A stretch of DNA of 64,000 bases from Nanobdellota archaeon (lineage in GTDB: Archaea > Nanobdellota > Nanobdellia > Woesearchaeales > GW2011-AR4). The notes below the pieces were generated by a model, which saw nothing but the letters and a program-made list of their open reading frames with translations, was not told the origin of the DNA and did not search any database. Where the stretch lies: the NCBI GenBank assembly GCA_038046685.1, contig JBBSVT010000074.1, positions 389 to 64,388 of the forward strand. Reading direction: 5' to 3'. Shown here one piece after another: positions 1-8,621 of the stretch. Position numbers and translations under genes: made by a program. Numbering within the stretch: position 1 is the first letter of the stretch; each line of letters opens with the position of its first letter.

Positions 1-1
1 T

Positions 2-316
2 GTTATAAGCGTTTCTGCTTATCCATTTGAATTCGAACCATGAGTATCCAATTCCAAAGCCATGCAATAAAGGCAAAATCCCAATCGCCAGTAATGCTAT
101 TGCAACTCCAAAAGACCACCATCCAACAACATTGCTGTTTGTTATCTCTATAACTGAATTTATTGCGAGGTAAAATCCAGCTCCTGCAACAACCCATGTG
201 AGCAAAGAAACCGGAAGATTGTTTAGGAAAGTAAACTTGCCGAGCAACGGGAATAAGCCAAGAAGAAGGATTATCAAGCCAACTGCTCCAGAAATCCAGT
301 CTCTGGTTTGCATCAT
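2..316 (-). CDS. Multi-pass membrane protein, partial (runs off window start)
   Basis: Manually read ORF MMQTRDWISGAVGLIILLLGLFPLLG... with several hydrophobic segments and GAGG upstream; open to the window edge; not in ORF track. Confidence 0.7.
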   Translation of the reverse strand, partial: MMQTRDWISGAVGLIILLLGLFPLLGKFTFLNNLPVSLLTWVVAGAGFYLAINSVIEITNSNVVGWWSFGVAIALLAIGILPLLHGFGIGYSWFEFKWISRNAYN

Positions 317-366
317 TTTATGGCCTCTTTTTAGTATCAATCAAAAAATGGGATTGGCAGATTTTC

Positions 367-1377
367 TCAGGTTTTCGGCGCTCTTGCCGCTAATTCTGCA
401 AAGTATGTTGCCTCAACTGCAGCTTTTTTCTCAATTTCTTCAACTGCATGAATAACTATCCTAAATCCTTGCGCCACTGGGTGGAACTGAGCCAATATTT
501 TTTCCTCTATTTCTAGAACTTTGAGCTTAAATTTGTCAGTTGGTGCCTTTGGAAGATTATCTTGCTCAACATTTTTTTCAATAATTTCCTTAACTAAGTG
601 GACATCATATAACACCCTGAGAATTAAAATCATATCCCTTTTTTTGATGTTATAACTTTGATAAAATGCGTCTTTCAAGGCAAAAGCAACTTTTTTTGTA
701 TCTAAATAAAGCTGGCCTTCACCTTCTCTTAATTCTTCCTCTGTTTTGCGTTTATGTAAACTAAAATTATGTATTAATACATCTAGATCCCTAGCAATCT
801 GTATAAGATTTTGAATATCAATTTTTTCTCTTGTAACTCCTTTCTTCATTGGAATTTTAAATAATTTGCTTACATCCCCTTCCTTTATGAACATTTGTTT
901 AATTTTAGACATAAAAGTGTCTTTACCGCCTTTCGCCAAGTTCAGTATCATCTCTACATACTTATAGTCCTCCCTTTCCAGTCTGTCTCCATATTTTTTA
1001 GTTCCTTCAAGTATAGCCAAGGTCAACTCCCGTTCCCGATTTAACAATGTTTTGTTCATACCAGTTATCTTACTTAAATCAATCAGTCTTTCCAGAATGT
1101 CCTGCATGGCCCTTACTAACTGCTTGTCTACAGTAATTGCATTAAAGATAAATTTATCAGCATATTCAGCGGATTTTTCCAGCCTTTGAAGTGCCCTTCT
1201 TAATTCTTTTAATGCGCGCGTTACTCTATGAATCTCAATGTCAGTTCTCGCCTTTTTTATATCTTCCAAACCTCTGTACAAGGCATTAACAGCCCTTGTA
1301 GCCTCTATTTTTTCTTTCCAAGAAGTAGCACCAAGTCCTCTTAAAAACGTTGAAAAATACTTTGTCCAAAATCCCAT
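367..1377 (-). CDS. Hypothetical helical/coiled-coil protein with N-terminal amphipathic helix
   Basis: 336 aa ORF, GGTGAG RBS, K/E/L-rich helical composition, no recognisable catalytic motif. Confidence 0.75.
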   Translation of the reverse strand: MGFWTKYFSTFLRGLGATSWKEKIEATRAVNALYRGLEDIKKARTDIEIHRVTRALKELRRALQRLEKSAEYADKFIFNAITVDKQLVRAMQDILERLIDLSKITGMNKTLLNRERELTLAILEGTKKYGDRLEREDYKYVEMILNLAKGGKDTFMSKIKQMFIKEGDVSKLFKIPMKKGVTREKIDIQNLIQIARDLDVLIHNFSLHKRKTEEELREGEGQLYLDTKKVAFALKDAFYQSYNIKKRDMILILRVLYDVHLVKEIIEKNVEQDNLPKAPTDKFKLKVLEIEEKILAQFHPVAQGFRIVIHAVEEIEKKAAVEATYFAELAARAPKT

Positions 1378-1548
1378 CTCATCTCACCATTTTAATTATC
1401 TTTAACTCTTTTTAACTGTCTTATTTAAATCTTTCTTTTTTGTTGAGTTTTTAAGAGTAGTAAAATATAAAATGAATTGGCAAGGCTGAGCGATGTGCCA
1501 AAACAAAATAAAAAAACTATTATAAACCAGGGTATCATACCTATAAAG

Positions 1549-3426
1549 ATGCTTACTGAAGAATTAAAAAAAGGGGTATATTTTCCTTATTCTGCTGTAA
1601 GGGATGTTCAAAGTGACATGATTTCTGATGTTTACAGCGCCATTAGTGAAAAAAAGCACGCCATTATGCATGCTCCTACTGGCATTGGAAAGACAATCGC
1701 GGTATTAGCCCCTGGTTTGTCCTTAGCCCTAAAACAAAACCTAACAATATTCTTCCTTACATCAAGGCAAACCCAGCATAAAATTGTGATTGACACCTTA
1801 AAGCAAATCAAACAGAAATTTAACCTTGATTTTGATTGCGCCGACATCATTGGCAAGCAGTGGATGTGCTTGCAAAACGGAGTCGAGTCAATGCCATCGG
1901 GTCAATTTCATGAGTACTGCAAATCATTAAGAGAGGAAAGCCAATGTGAATTTTACCTTAATACGAGAAAGCAAAATTTGCAGCCAACCGTTGATGCTAA
2001 GCAGTCAATTGAAGAATTAAAGCAGGAAGGGCCTTGCCATGTTCAAGAATATATTAAGAAAGGTAAGCAAAAAAAATTGTGCCCTTATGAGTTAGCAACA
2101 TTAACAGCAAGCAATGCGCAAGTAGTCATAGCAGATTATTATTACATATTTAATCAGGGAATAAGGCAGAGTTTTTTGCTCAAAATAAAGAAAGAACTTG
2201 AAAACATCATTTTAGTTGTAGACGAGGCGCATAACTTGCCAACACGAATAAGGGAGCTTTTGACGCAAAAAACTTCAAGCTTGGCGATTGAGAGCGCGAA
2301 AAAAGAGGCAAGAAAATATAATTATGAGGAAACAGCACAAAACCTTGAAATTGTTGAGAATGCCCTTTTTGAAGTTGGCAAAAATATAGAAAACGAAGGC
2401 ACTGTCAGCAGGAATGAGTTCATTGATGCAATATGTAAATGCAAAGATTATGGAAACATTTTAACAGAGTTATTATTCATTGGCGAAGACATAAGAGACA
2501 GGCAAAAAATAAGTTATATATTAAGCGTTGGTAAATTTCTCGAGGCATGGCTTGGAACCGATAATGGGTTTGGCAGAATACTTACAAAAACAGTTGACAG
2601 TAAGCTGAAAATAAGCTTAGCTTACAGATGCTTAGACCCTTCGCTGGCTGCAAAGGAGATTATTGAGAAAAGCTATGTAACCATACTTATGTCTGGAACT
2701 TTAACGCCAACCGCAATGTATAAAGACCTGCTTGGCTTTGCCGGCGATGTCGTTGAAAAAGAATACGAAAGCCCGTTCCCAAAGAAAAATCGGCTAAATT
2801 TGGTAATTCCAAGAACCACCACAAAGTTTGTCGAGAGAAATAACAGGCAGTTTAACGAAATATCGAGGATTTGCTCTGAAATTGTCAATTTAATAAATGG
2901 AAATTCAGCTATATTCTTTCCAAGTTATGAGCTGATGTTAAATATCAATGAGCATTTTAAGGAAAATTGCAGCAAACCAATATTTATTGAAAAACAAAAA
3001 ATGACGAAAAAAGAGAAAGAGGAATTATTGGCCGTTTTCAAAAGCTATAAGGATAAAGGTGCTGTGCTTCTTGGCATATCCACGGGCTCTTTTGGAGAAG
3101 GCATAGATTTGCCTGGTGTGCTTAAGTCAGTTATTATTGTTGGACTGCCTTTAAACAAACCAGATGTTGAAGCGAAGTTGTTGATTGAATACTATGACGA
3201 TAAATTTGGCAAAGGCTTTGAATATGGGTATGTGTCTCCTGCAATCACAAAATGCCTACAGAATGCTGGAAGATGTATAAGGTCAGAGACAGACAAAGGC
3301 GCAATTATTTTTCTTGATGAAAGATTCATTTATAGAAATTACTATCAATGCTTTCCAGAGGATTGGGATATGGAGGTTAGTTTGGATTATGAAGAGATTT
3401 TGAGGGAGTTTTTTGGGCGAAAATAA
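1549..3426 (+). CDS. xpd: XPD/Rad3/DinG-family ATP-dependent DNA helicase with Fe-S cluster
   Basis: Q-motif FPYSAVRDVQ, Walker A APTGIGKT, Fe-S cysteines incl. CPYE, DEAH, SGTL, GEGID, QNAGRCIR; ATG at 1549 preferred over TTG 1477. Confidence 0.92.
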   Translation: MLTEELKKGVYFPYSAVRDVQSDMISDVYSAISEKKHAIMHAPTGIGKTIAVLAPGLSLALKQNLTIFFLTSRQTQHKIVIDTLKQIKQKFNLDFDCADIIGKQWMCLQNGVESMPSGQFHEYCKSLREESQCEFYLNTRKQNLQPTVDAKQSIEELKQEGPCHVQEYIKKGKQKKLCPYELATLTASNAQVVIADYYYIFNQGIRQSFLLKIKKELENIILVVDEAHNLPTRIRELLTQKTSSLAIESAKKEARKYNYEETAQNLEIVENALFEVGKNIENEGTVSRNEFIDAICKCKDYGNILTELLFIGEDIRDRQKISYILSVGKFLEAWLGTDNGFGRILTKTVDSKLKISLAYRCLDPSLAAKEIIEKSYVTILMSGTLTPTAMYKDLLGFAGDVVEKEYESPFPKKNRLNLVIPRTTTKFVERNNRQFNEISRICSEIVNLINGNSAIFFPSYELMLNINEHFKENCSKPIFIEKQKMTKKEKEELLAVFKSYKDKGAVLLGISTGSFGEGIDLPGVLKSVIIVGLPLNKPDVEAKLLIEYYDDKFGKGFEYGYVSPAITKCLQNAGRCIRSETDKGAIIFLDERFIYRNYYQCFPEDWDMEVSLDYEEILREFFGRK

Positions 3427-3553
3427 GAATTGTTCGCTATTAATTTTTATTACCATTTTCAGGTATTGAAGGATTCACAAAATGACGGCTTTTCAATCCC
3501 GTCCGGGAGATTTTTGGTGAAACTTCTCTTACTAAGTCCTGAGGAAATTCTGA

Positions 3554-3718
3554 TTATCTTCTTGGGATAAGTTTTCCTCTCTGAAGCTCGTCATTTACCA
3601 TACCCACAAGCGTTCTGAGACCTTGTCCATAAACCGTTCTCGGTGAATTAATATATTGAATAAAATCCTTAGCCACACTTATCAAATGCTCGTTAATATA
3701 CACTTGCATTTCAGTCAT
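3554..3718 (-). CDS. Possible small hypothetical protein (54 aa)
   Basis: Manually read MTEMQVYINEHLISVAKDFIQY...LIPRR; fills an intergenic gap; no motif. Confidence 0.3.
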   Translation of the reverse strand: MTEMQVYINEHLISVAKDFIQYINSPRTVYGQGLRTLVGMVNDELQRGKLIPRR

Positions 3719-3835
3719 TATCCAAGAAAGTGGACTTCATCTTAAAATTTTTAGGTTATTGTAATTAATATACATTTCCCTATACTAGTATCTAAAATAG
3801 AAATATTTATATACTTGTAATGCTTTCTGCTAAAA

Positions 3836-4246
3836 ATGGTTATCCTTTTTGACAGGTTTAACCTGCCAGAGGACGTATATGAAGTTGTTTTTGCGACAAA
3901 GCAGCAAATCATTGTGGCTAAACTGCTTATAGAGATGATGAAGGATAATGGCGGTGAGATAGGCAAAACAGAGATGTCTTTGTTTGCAACCAAGCTTCAT
4001 GAAGGTAATCTGATTACAGATCTTATAGAGGAACCCCCCTATAAAGGGAAGAAAGTGAAAGTCAGCTACAATAAAAGGCAGTTTTATGACAGAATTTTAA
4101 CTCCAATGAAAAGCATGGGTATAATTGATTACGACCTTTACAAGAAAACATACAAGGTAAGCGACAAATTCAACAAAGATTTACAGCATATTGGCTTGAT
4201 GTGGATAAGGGAATTGCGTAAACCGCCAAAATCTCTAGTAAGATAA
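3836..4246 (+). CDS. Hypothetical protein, probable winged-helix DNA-binding protein
   Basis: 136 aa; C-terminal FYDRILTPMKSMGIIDY...KTYKVS resembles wHTH recognition helix plus wing; TATA-like TTTATATA upstream. Confidence 0.7.
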   Translation: MVILFDRFNLPEDVYEVVFATKQQIIVAKLLIEMMKDNGGEIGKTEMSLFATKLHEGNLITDLIEEPPYKGKKVKVSYNKRQFYDRILTPMKSMGIIDYDLYKKTYKVSDKFNKDLQHIGLMWIRELRKPPKSLVR

Positions 4247-4334
4247 GCACGCTAAAATTTCATAATAATCAAATTCAAAAAGTATCAATACATGAAGCGA
4301 ACCATAATGGTAGAATAAGAAAACCTTATTTTCA

Positions 4335-4398
4335 ATTTGGCCCCCAGCTTAATTCTTTTCAACACACCCCCACGTATAAAGAATAAAGGGGGCCAAAT
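4335..4398. repeat. Long intergenic inverted repeat/hairpin
   Basis: ATTTGGCCCCC (4335-4345) / GGGGGCCAAAT (4388-4398) perfect arms, plus inner CTTAATTCTTT / AAAGAATAAAG. Confidence 0.7.
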
Positions 4399-4428
4399 CA
4401 TTATAAAGAAGAAGTGAAATGATGTATA

Positions 4429-4773
4429 ATGGCCCATGAGAGTTTGATAAGAGAAGGCAGAAAAGCGTTAAGGCAGAATATTGGCCCAGAGGAAGTGAGA
4501 ATATATTTCTTAAAGAAAGGGATGGATAAAAAAGAGGCAAATAAAGCAATTAAAGAGATTCAGGCGGAAAAACTAATTAAAGATTCCAGGAAAGCGGCAA
4601 TAGAAAAAAAATTGAGGATAAATGCACAGAATGCTGAAAGCTCTCGAATTCAGAAAAAACCATCTTCTTTCTGGCTGTACATGTTGATTTTGCTGATTAT
4701 AGTGTTGATAGTATACATGATATCTAGGGAAAAATTAAGTCTGGGAACCTTTATCATAAAAAATTTTAAATAA
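4429..4773 (+). CDS. Hypothetical protein with one C-terminal TM helix
   Basis: 114 aa; helical N-terminus, hydrophobic FWLYMLILLIIVLIVYMI. Confidence 0.7.
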   Translation: MAHESLIREGRKALRQNIGPEEVRIYFLKKGMDKKEANKAIKEIQAEKLIKDSRKAAIEKKLRINAQNAESSRIQKKPSSFWLYMLILLIIVLIVYMISREKLSLGTFIIKNFK

Positions 4774-4794
4774 TCATTTTCTAAGCCTTAGGTT

Positions 4795-5439
4795 ATGGTT
4801 GATTTCGACAAGCTAAAAGAAGAGCAGCTTAAGTTAGCCAACAACATTGTCACAAAAGATTCGTTTGACAAGATTAGATTAATTGCAGGTGTAGATTGCG
4901 CTTTTAGCCATGACAAGATTATTGCAGTAATTGTTATTTGTGATTATAAGACAATGGAGCTGAAAGAAAAGGTATTCGCTGTTGTAAGCGCAAAAGTTCC
5001 TTACCTGAAAGGGTTTCTTGCTTACAGAGAAGGTCCTGCAATATCAGAAGCCTATTCAAGGCTTGGAAATAGGCCTGACATGATGCTTTTTGACGGCAAT
5101 GGAATTTTGCACCCAAGAAGGTGTGGGTTAGCATCGCATTTAGGAGTATCGCTTGAGCAGGCTTCAATTGGAATTGCGAAACAGCTGCTTATTGGAGAAG
5201 TCAAGGGAAATATTGTATATGTTGATAAAGAAGCAAGAGCGAAATTGATTGTCACACGGGAACATTCAAGACCAGTTTATGTAAGCCCCGGGCATAAAGT
5301 AAGCCTAAAAACAAGCGTAGATATTGTGAAAAACTGCCTAAGGTTTCCGCATAAATTGCCGGAGCCTTTGCATTTGGCTCACAGGTATGCAAATGGGATA
5401 AGAGAAAAGATTGGTAAAGGAGAAATAAAAGTAAGTTAA
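4795..5439 (+). CDS. nfi: Endonuclease V (deoxyinosine 3' endonuclease)
   Basis: IAGVD, PYLKGFLAYRE, DGNGILHPRRCGLASHLG, SIGIAK, PVYVSPGH, LPEPLHLAH motifs. Confidence 0.95.
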   Translation: MVDFDKLKEEQLKLANNIVTKDSFDKIRLIAGVDCAFSHDKIIAVIVICDYKTMELKEKVFAVVSAKVPYLKGFLAYREGPAISEAYSRLGNRPDMMLFDGNGILHPRRCGLASHLGVSLEQASIGIAKQLLIGEVKGNIVYVDKEARAKLIVTREHSRPVYVSPGHKVSLKTSVDIVKNCLRFPHKLPEPLHLAHRYANGIREKIGKGEIKVS

Positions 5440-5593
5440 GTGATAATTTTTTAGTGTTTTTTATGCTCAATTTATGTGAGGTGTGTAGTAGATACCAAAA
5501 GGTTTAGACTTTTTTCCCGGCTAAATCGTTCTCGGCGTACATTTGGCAAAATCAGGCAAAAGGTTTTTATAGTTGTTTAGATTGAGTATTCAT

Positions 5594-5842
5594 ATGCCAA
5601 TCACTATTACATCAGACGAAAAGGGGAATATACACATCCCAAGAGAATTCGGAATAAAGCCAAGAGAGAGGCTATTAATCGACAAAATGGATGATACAAT
5701 ACTTATTAAAAAAGTTAAGCACGAAGTTAAAAATGTAAAAGAAATAGGAGATGAAATAGTTGGAATTCTAAAAGAAAATCTGAAAGATGTTAAATGGGAA
5801 GATATTGAGAAAGGTAGAGAAGATAGAGAAAGAGAATGGTAA
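5594..5842 (+). CDS. AbrB/MazE/SpoVT-family antitoxin (VapB-like)
   Basis: DEKGNIHIPREFGI...ILIKK swapped-hairpin pattern; overlaps downstream PIN gene. Confidence 0.8.
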   Translation: MPITITSDEKGNIHIPREFGIKPRERLLIDKMDDTILIKKVKHEVKNVKEIGDEIVGILKENLKDVKWEDIEKGREDREREW

Positions 5843-6234
5843 TTGGTGTGGATACAGGATTTTTTATTGAATTGACTAAAGATAATTCTGAAGCAGTTAA
5901 TATCTGGAATAAAATTTTAAGTGGAGACGAAGAATTAGCTGTTTCTGTTATTTCGTTAAATGAATTATCAGTTTATTTTTATAGAACAGGCAACATACAA
6001 AAGAAAGATAAATTAATTGATTTGATTAAATCAATTCCAAATATAGAATTAGTTCCAGTATCTACTTAAATTGCAGAAGAATCAGCAAAATATAGGCATA
6101 GTTTGGGAATTCCAACTGTAGACTCCATAATTTTAACAACTTTTATTCTTCAAGGTTGCAAAGAAATTGTTGCTACAGATAGACATTTTGAGAAGGCTGA
6201 TGAGCAGAATTTAATTAAAGTAAAGATAATCTGA
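5836..6234 (+). pseudogene. vapC: PIN-domain VapC toxin with in-frame TAA
   Basis: VDTGFFI...SVISLNEL...; TAA at 6067-6069, then in-frame IAEESAKYRHSLGIPTVDSIIL...VATDRHF to TGA 6234, completing a 132-codon PIN fold. Confidence 0.85.
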
Positions 6235-6351
6235 TTTTGCCAAATGTTTGTATAAAATCTTATTTTATGCGAAGCTGGGAAGAGAAACCCCATTTTCGAG
6301 TGTAGAATCGTTAGGGCTTAGGCGAATTTTGAATATTTTTTTTTACAATAT

Positions 6352-6810
6352 TTAAAATTTCTCATTAATATATTTGGACACAGCTTTCTGGAATTTTTCG
6401 GAATGACTTAACTCGCTCACTAGATATGTTGCTGCAGCAGCAACCCAATAACAAGCTATATCCTGATAATCAAAAACTCCCTCTTCAGGATGGATTACAG
6501 GATAATATTCATGAAGTGTTAGTGCAATTGGAACTAATATTGATGATAACGCTCTTGCAACCTTATCCTTACCAGATACCAACAAACCCATTGAAGTCAA
6601 TACACCAGAGAGGCCAACATCACTTAGATGTCCAGAAAGCCATGTATTTTTTAATGGAGTTCGCTGCAATACTTCACCAACTTGCATTGCAAAGTTATAC
6701 ATGGCAAATTGCATAGAGTTTGTTATTGCTGGAGTTGGATTTAAGCGAATCTCATTTATTTTAGAGAAAGTACCTTCAACTCCTCTTTCAACGATATCAG
6801 TTAATCCCAT
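6352..6810 (-). CDS. Hypothetical membrane protein (VanZ-like)
   Basis: Hydrophobic helices with HLSD, HEYY and GVFDYQDI motifs; ATG 6810. Confidence 0.6.
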   Translation of the reverse strand: MGLTDIVERGVEGTFSKINEIRLNPTPAITNSMQFAMYNFAMQVGEVLQRTPLKNTWLSGHLSDVGLSGVLTSMGLLVSGKDKVARALSSILVPIALTLHEYYPVIHPEEGVFDYQDIACYWVAAAATYLVSELSHSEKFQKAVSKYINEKF

Positions 6811-7122
6811 AAACAAAACTCTAAGTTATTGCTTTTATAAATCTTTCGCTTTTCGCCACAATCAAGTAGTAAATCAAGTGCCACAGAAACGGGTGGTTGG
6901 CGGGGCGAGTGGTGGCGGTTCGATTGATTTTGTTTAAGTTGCATTATTGGATTATCAACCTACAAAATTCAAATTTATTAAAAAACCTCAACTTTCAATC
7001 AAAACATTTCAAATTAAAAAACTTTTATAAACAAAATAAATTAACTAAATTATATTTCATTGCGAACGAAGTGAGCACTCGGGACTTTATGTCCCGCAAA
7101 GTGTCAACTGATTTTGCAGTTG

Positions 7123-7194
7123 GGGCCCATGGTCTAGTGGCTAGGACACAACCTTCACAGGGTTGGGGCAGGAGTTCAATTCTTCTTGGGCCCA
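7123..7194 (+). tRNA. tRNA-Val (anticodon CAC), intron-less, CCA not encoded
   Basis: Acceptor GGGCCCA/TGGGCCC + discriminator A, D-arm GTCT..AGTGG..GGAC, anticodon stem CAACC/GGTTG with loop TTCACAG, T-arm AGGAG-TTCAATT-CTTCT. Confidence 0.93.
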
Positions 7195-7206
7195 TTAAAT
7201 TATTTT

Positions 7207-7437
7207 TTATTGAATATTCTTCCGTTCATAAATTGAGTAAAGAAAATAGATCATTGCTGGAAGTGCAATCACAAATAAGAACAAGATAAGCGGATTGTTA
7301 CAGTAGAAAGGAGTGGGACCCATTGCGATGCGAAAACATAAAAAGGGGAGGAAACTATAGACAAAAAATCCCACAACAGCGACTGATAATGTTGTTACAA
7401 CTTTCCTAATATTTGGTTTTAGGTATTTTATATCCAT
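7207..7437 (-). CDS. Small two-TM membrane protein
   Basis: MDIKYLKPNIRK start, two hydrophobic helices separated by a Cys-containing loop. Confidence 0.6.
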   Translation of the reverse strand: MDIKYLKPNIRKVVTTLSVAVVGFFVYSFLPFLCFRIAMGPTPFYCNNPLILFLFVIALPAMIYFLYSIYERKNIQ

Positions 7438-7459
7438 ATTAATTAAAATCAAAATTTAA

Positions 7460-7756
7460 TCAAATCCCCAAAGCAATTTTTGCCTCTTCAGACATCTTCT
7501 CAGAATTCCAAGCTGGGCTAAAGGTCAATTCAATGACACATTCACCAACACCGTCAATTGCAGAAACCTGCCTTCTTACATCATCCATGAGCATAGGCCC
7601 ATAGGGGCACATTGGCGATGTTAAGGTCATCAGAATATTTACCTTGCTTCCTTCAATTTCAATGTTATAGATTAATCCAAGACTCCATATATCATACTGT
7701 ATTTCAGGATCATAAACCTTCTTTAAGACTTCAATAACCTTCTCTTTCTCAACCAT
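7460..7756 (-). CDS. DUF59/SufT/PaaD-family Fe-S cluster assembly protein
   Basis: VYDPEI, LGLIY, MTLTSPMCP, PAW motifs. Confidence 0.92.
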   Translation of the reverse strand: MVEKEKVIEVLKKVYDPEIQYDIWSLGLIYNIEIEGSKVNILMTLTSPMCPYGPMLMDDVRRQVSAIDGVGECVIELTFSPAWNSEKMSEEAKIALGI

Positions 7757-7806
7757 GCTGGTCGAAACCTTTTTATTCTATAAAAATGTTTTCATTTGGT
7801 ATGAAT

Positions 7807-7872
7807 TTTTTTGAGCTGTCAGATAAAAACAATCTATCCTTAGTTTTTTATTGATTGTACCAGCTCAAAAAA
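7807..7872. repeat. Intergenic inverted repeat in divergent promoter region
   Basis: TTTTTTGAGCTG / CAGCTCAAAAAA 12-bp arms plus inner ACAATC/GATTGT. Confidence 0.6.
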
Positions 7873-7926
7873 TTAATAATAACATTTAAATTAACATCCA
7901 TAAACTTAAGTATATAGAGTTTAGTC

Positions 7927-8577
7927 ATGATTCATATGGCCCAAAAAATCGAGCTGATAAATTTTTGGAAAGAGAACTTTAGTTTTAGAGATATGGAGCT
8001 AAATGCTTTTAAAGAAATAAATAGGGAAGATTTTGTGAATGATGACCTTAAAAATATAGCGTATCAAGACACGCCTTTGCCTCTGCTTCGAGGAAAAACC
8101 ATTTCACAACCGACCACAGTTATGATTATGACGCATGCGCTAGAGCTAGAGCCTGGTGAAAAGGTATTTGAGATAGGCACTGGCTCAGGCTATCAAGCAG
8201 CTATAATAGGAAAGATTGTAGGGCATAAAGGCAAAGTTATTACCACAGAAGTTGTTCCTGAATTGGTTGGCTTTGCAAAACAAAATCTAAGGAAAGCAGG
8301 CATAAGGAACGTTTTTGTATACGAAGATGACGGCTCAAACGGCATGCATAATGAGGCGCCTTTTGACAAGGTAGTAATCACAGCAGCATGCAAGGAATTT
8401 CCAAAGCCATTGCTTAAGCAGCTCAAGCCTTACGGCATAATAATTGGTCCGGTTGGAAATGAAAACGAGCAGGAAATGGTGAGGGGAATAAAAGACAAAA
8501 ATGACCACTTGCAACTAGAGTTCCTAGGACCTTTTTTATTTACACCAATGTACGGGAAATATGGCTTTGTGGTTTGA
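7927..8577 (+). CDS. pcm: Protein-L-isoaspartate O-methyltransferase
   Basis: AYQDTPL, TISQP, EIGTGSGYQAA, APFDKVVITAA. Confidence 0.95.
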   Translation: MIHMAQKIELINFWKENFSFRDMELNAFKEINREDFVNDDLKNIAYQDTPLPLLRGKTISQPTTVMIMTHALELEPGEKVFEIGTGSGYQAAIIGKIVGHKGKVITTEVVPELVGFAKQNLRKAGIRNVFVYEDDGSNGMHNEAPFDKVVITAACKEFPKPLLKQLKPYGIIIGPVGNENEQEMVRGIKDKNDHLQLEFLGPFLFTPMYGKYGFVV

Positions 8578-8621
8578 AACATTAAATTAATAAATAGCTT
8601 ATCAACACTTATTGATGGAAA

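Larger units (their letters stand above)
5539..6247. repeat. Perfect 17-bp inverted repeats bounding the AbrB-VapC module
   Basis: ACATTTGGCAAAATCAG (5539-5555) and CTGATTTTGCCAAATGT (6231-6247). Confidence 0.8.

Noticed and set aside
6880-6930. GC-rich stretch with GGTTCGATT resembling a tRNA T-loop
   Set aside because: No T-stem pairing, acceptor stem or anticodon arm can be formed
6897-7289. 130-aa ORF spanning the tRNA
   Set aside because: Overlaps tRNA-Val and an AT-rich promoter region; spurious
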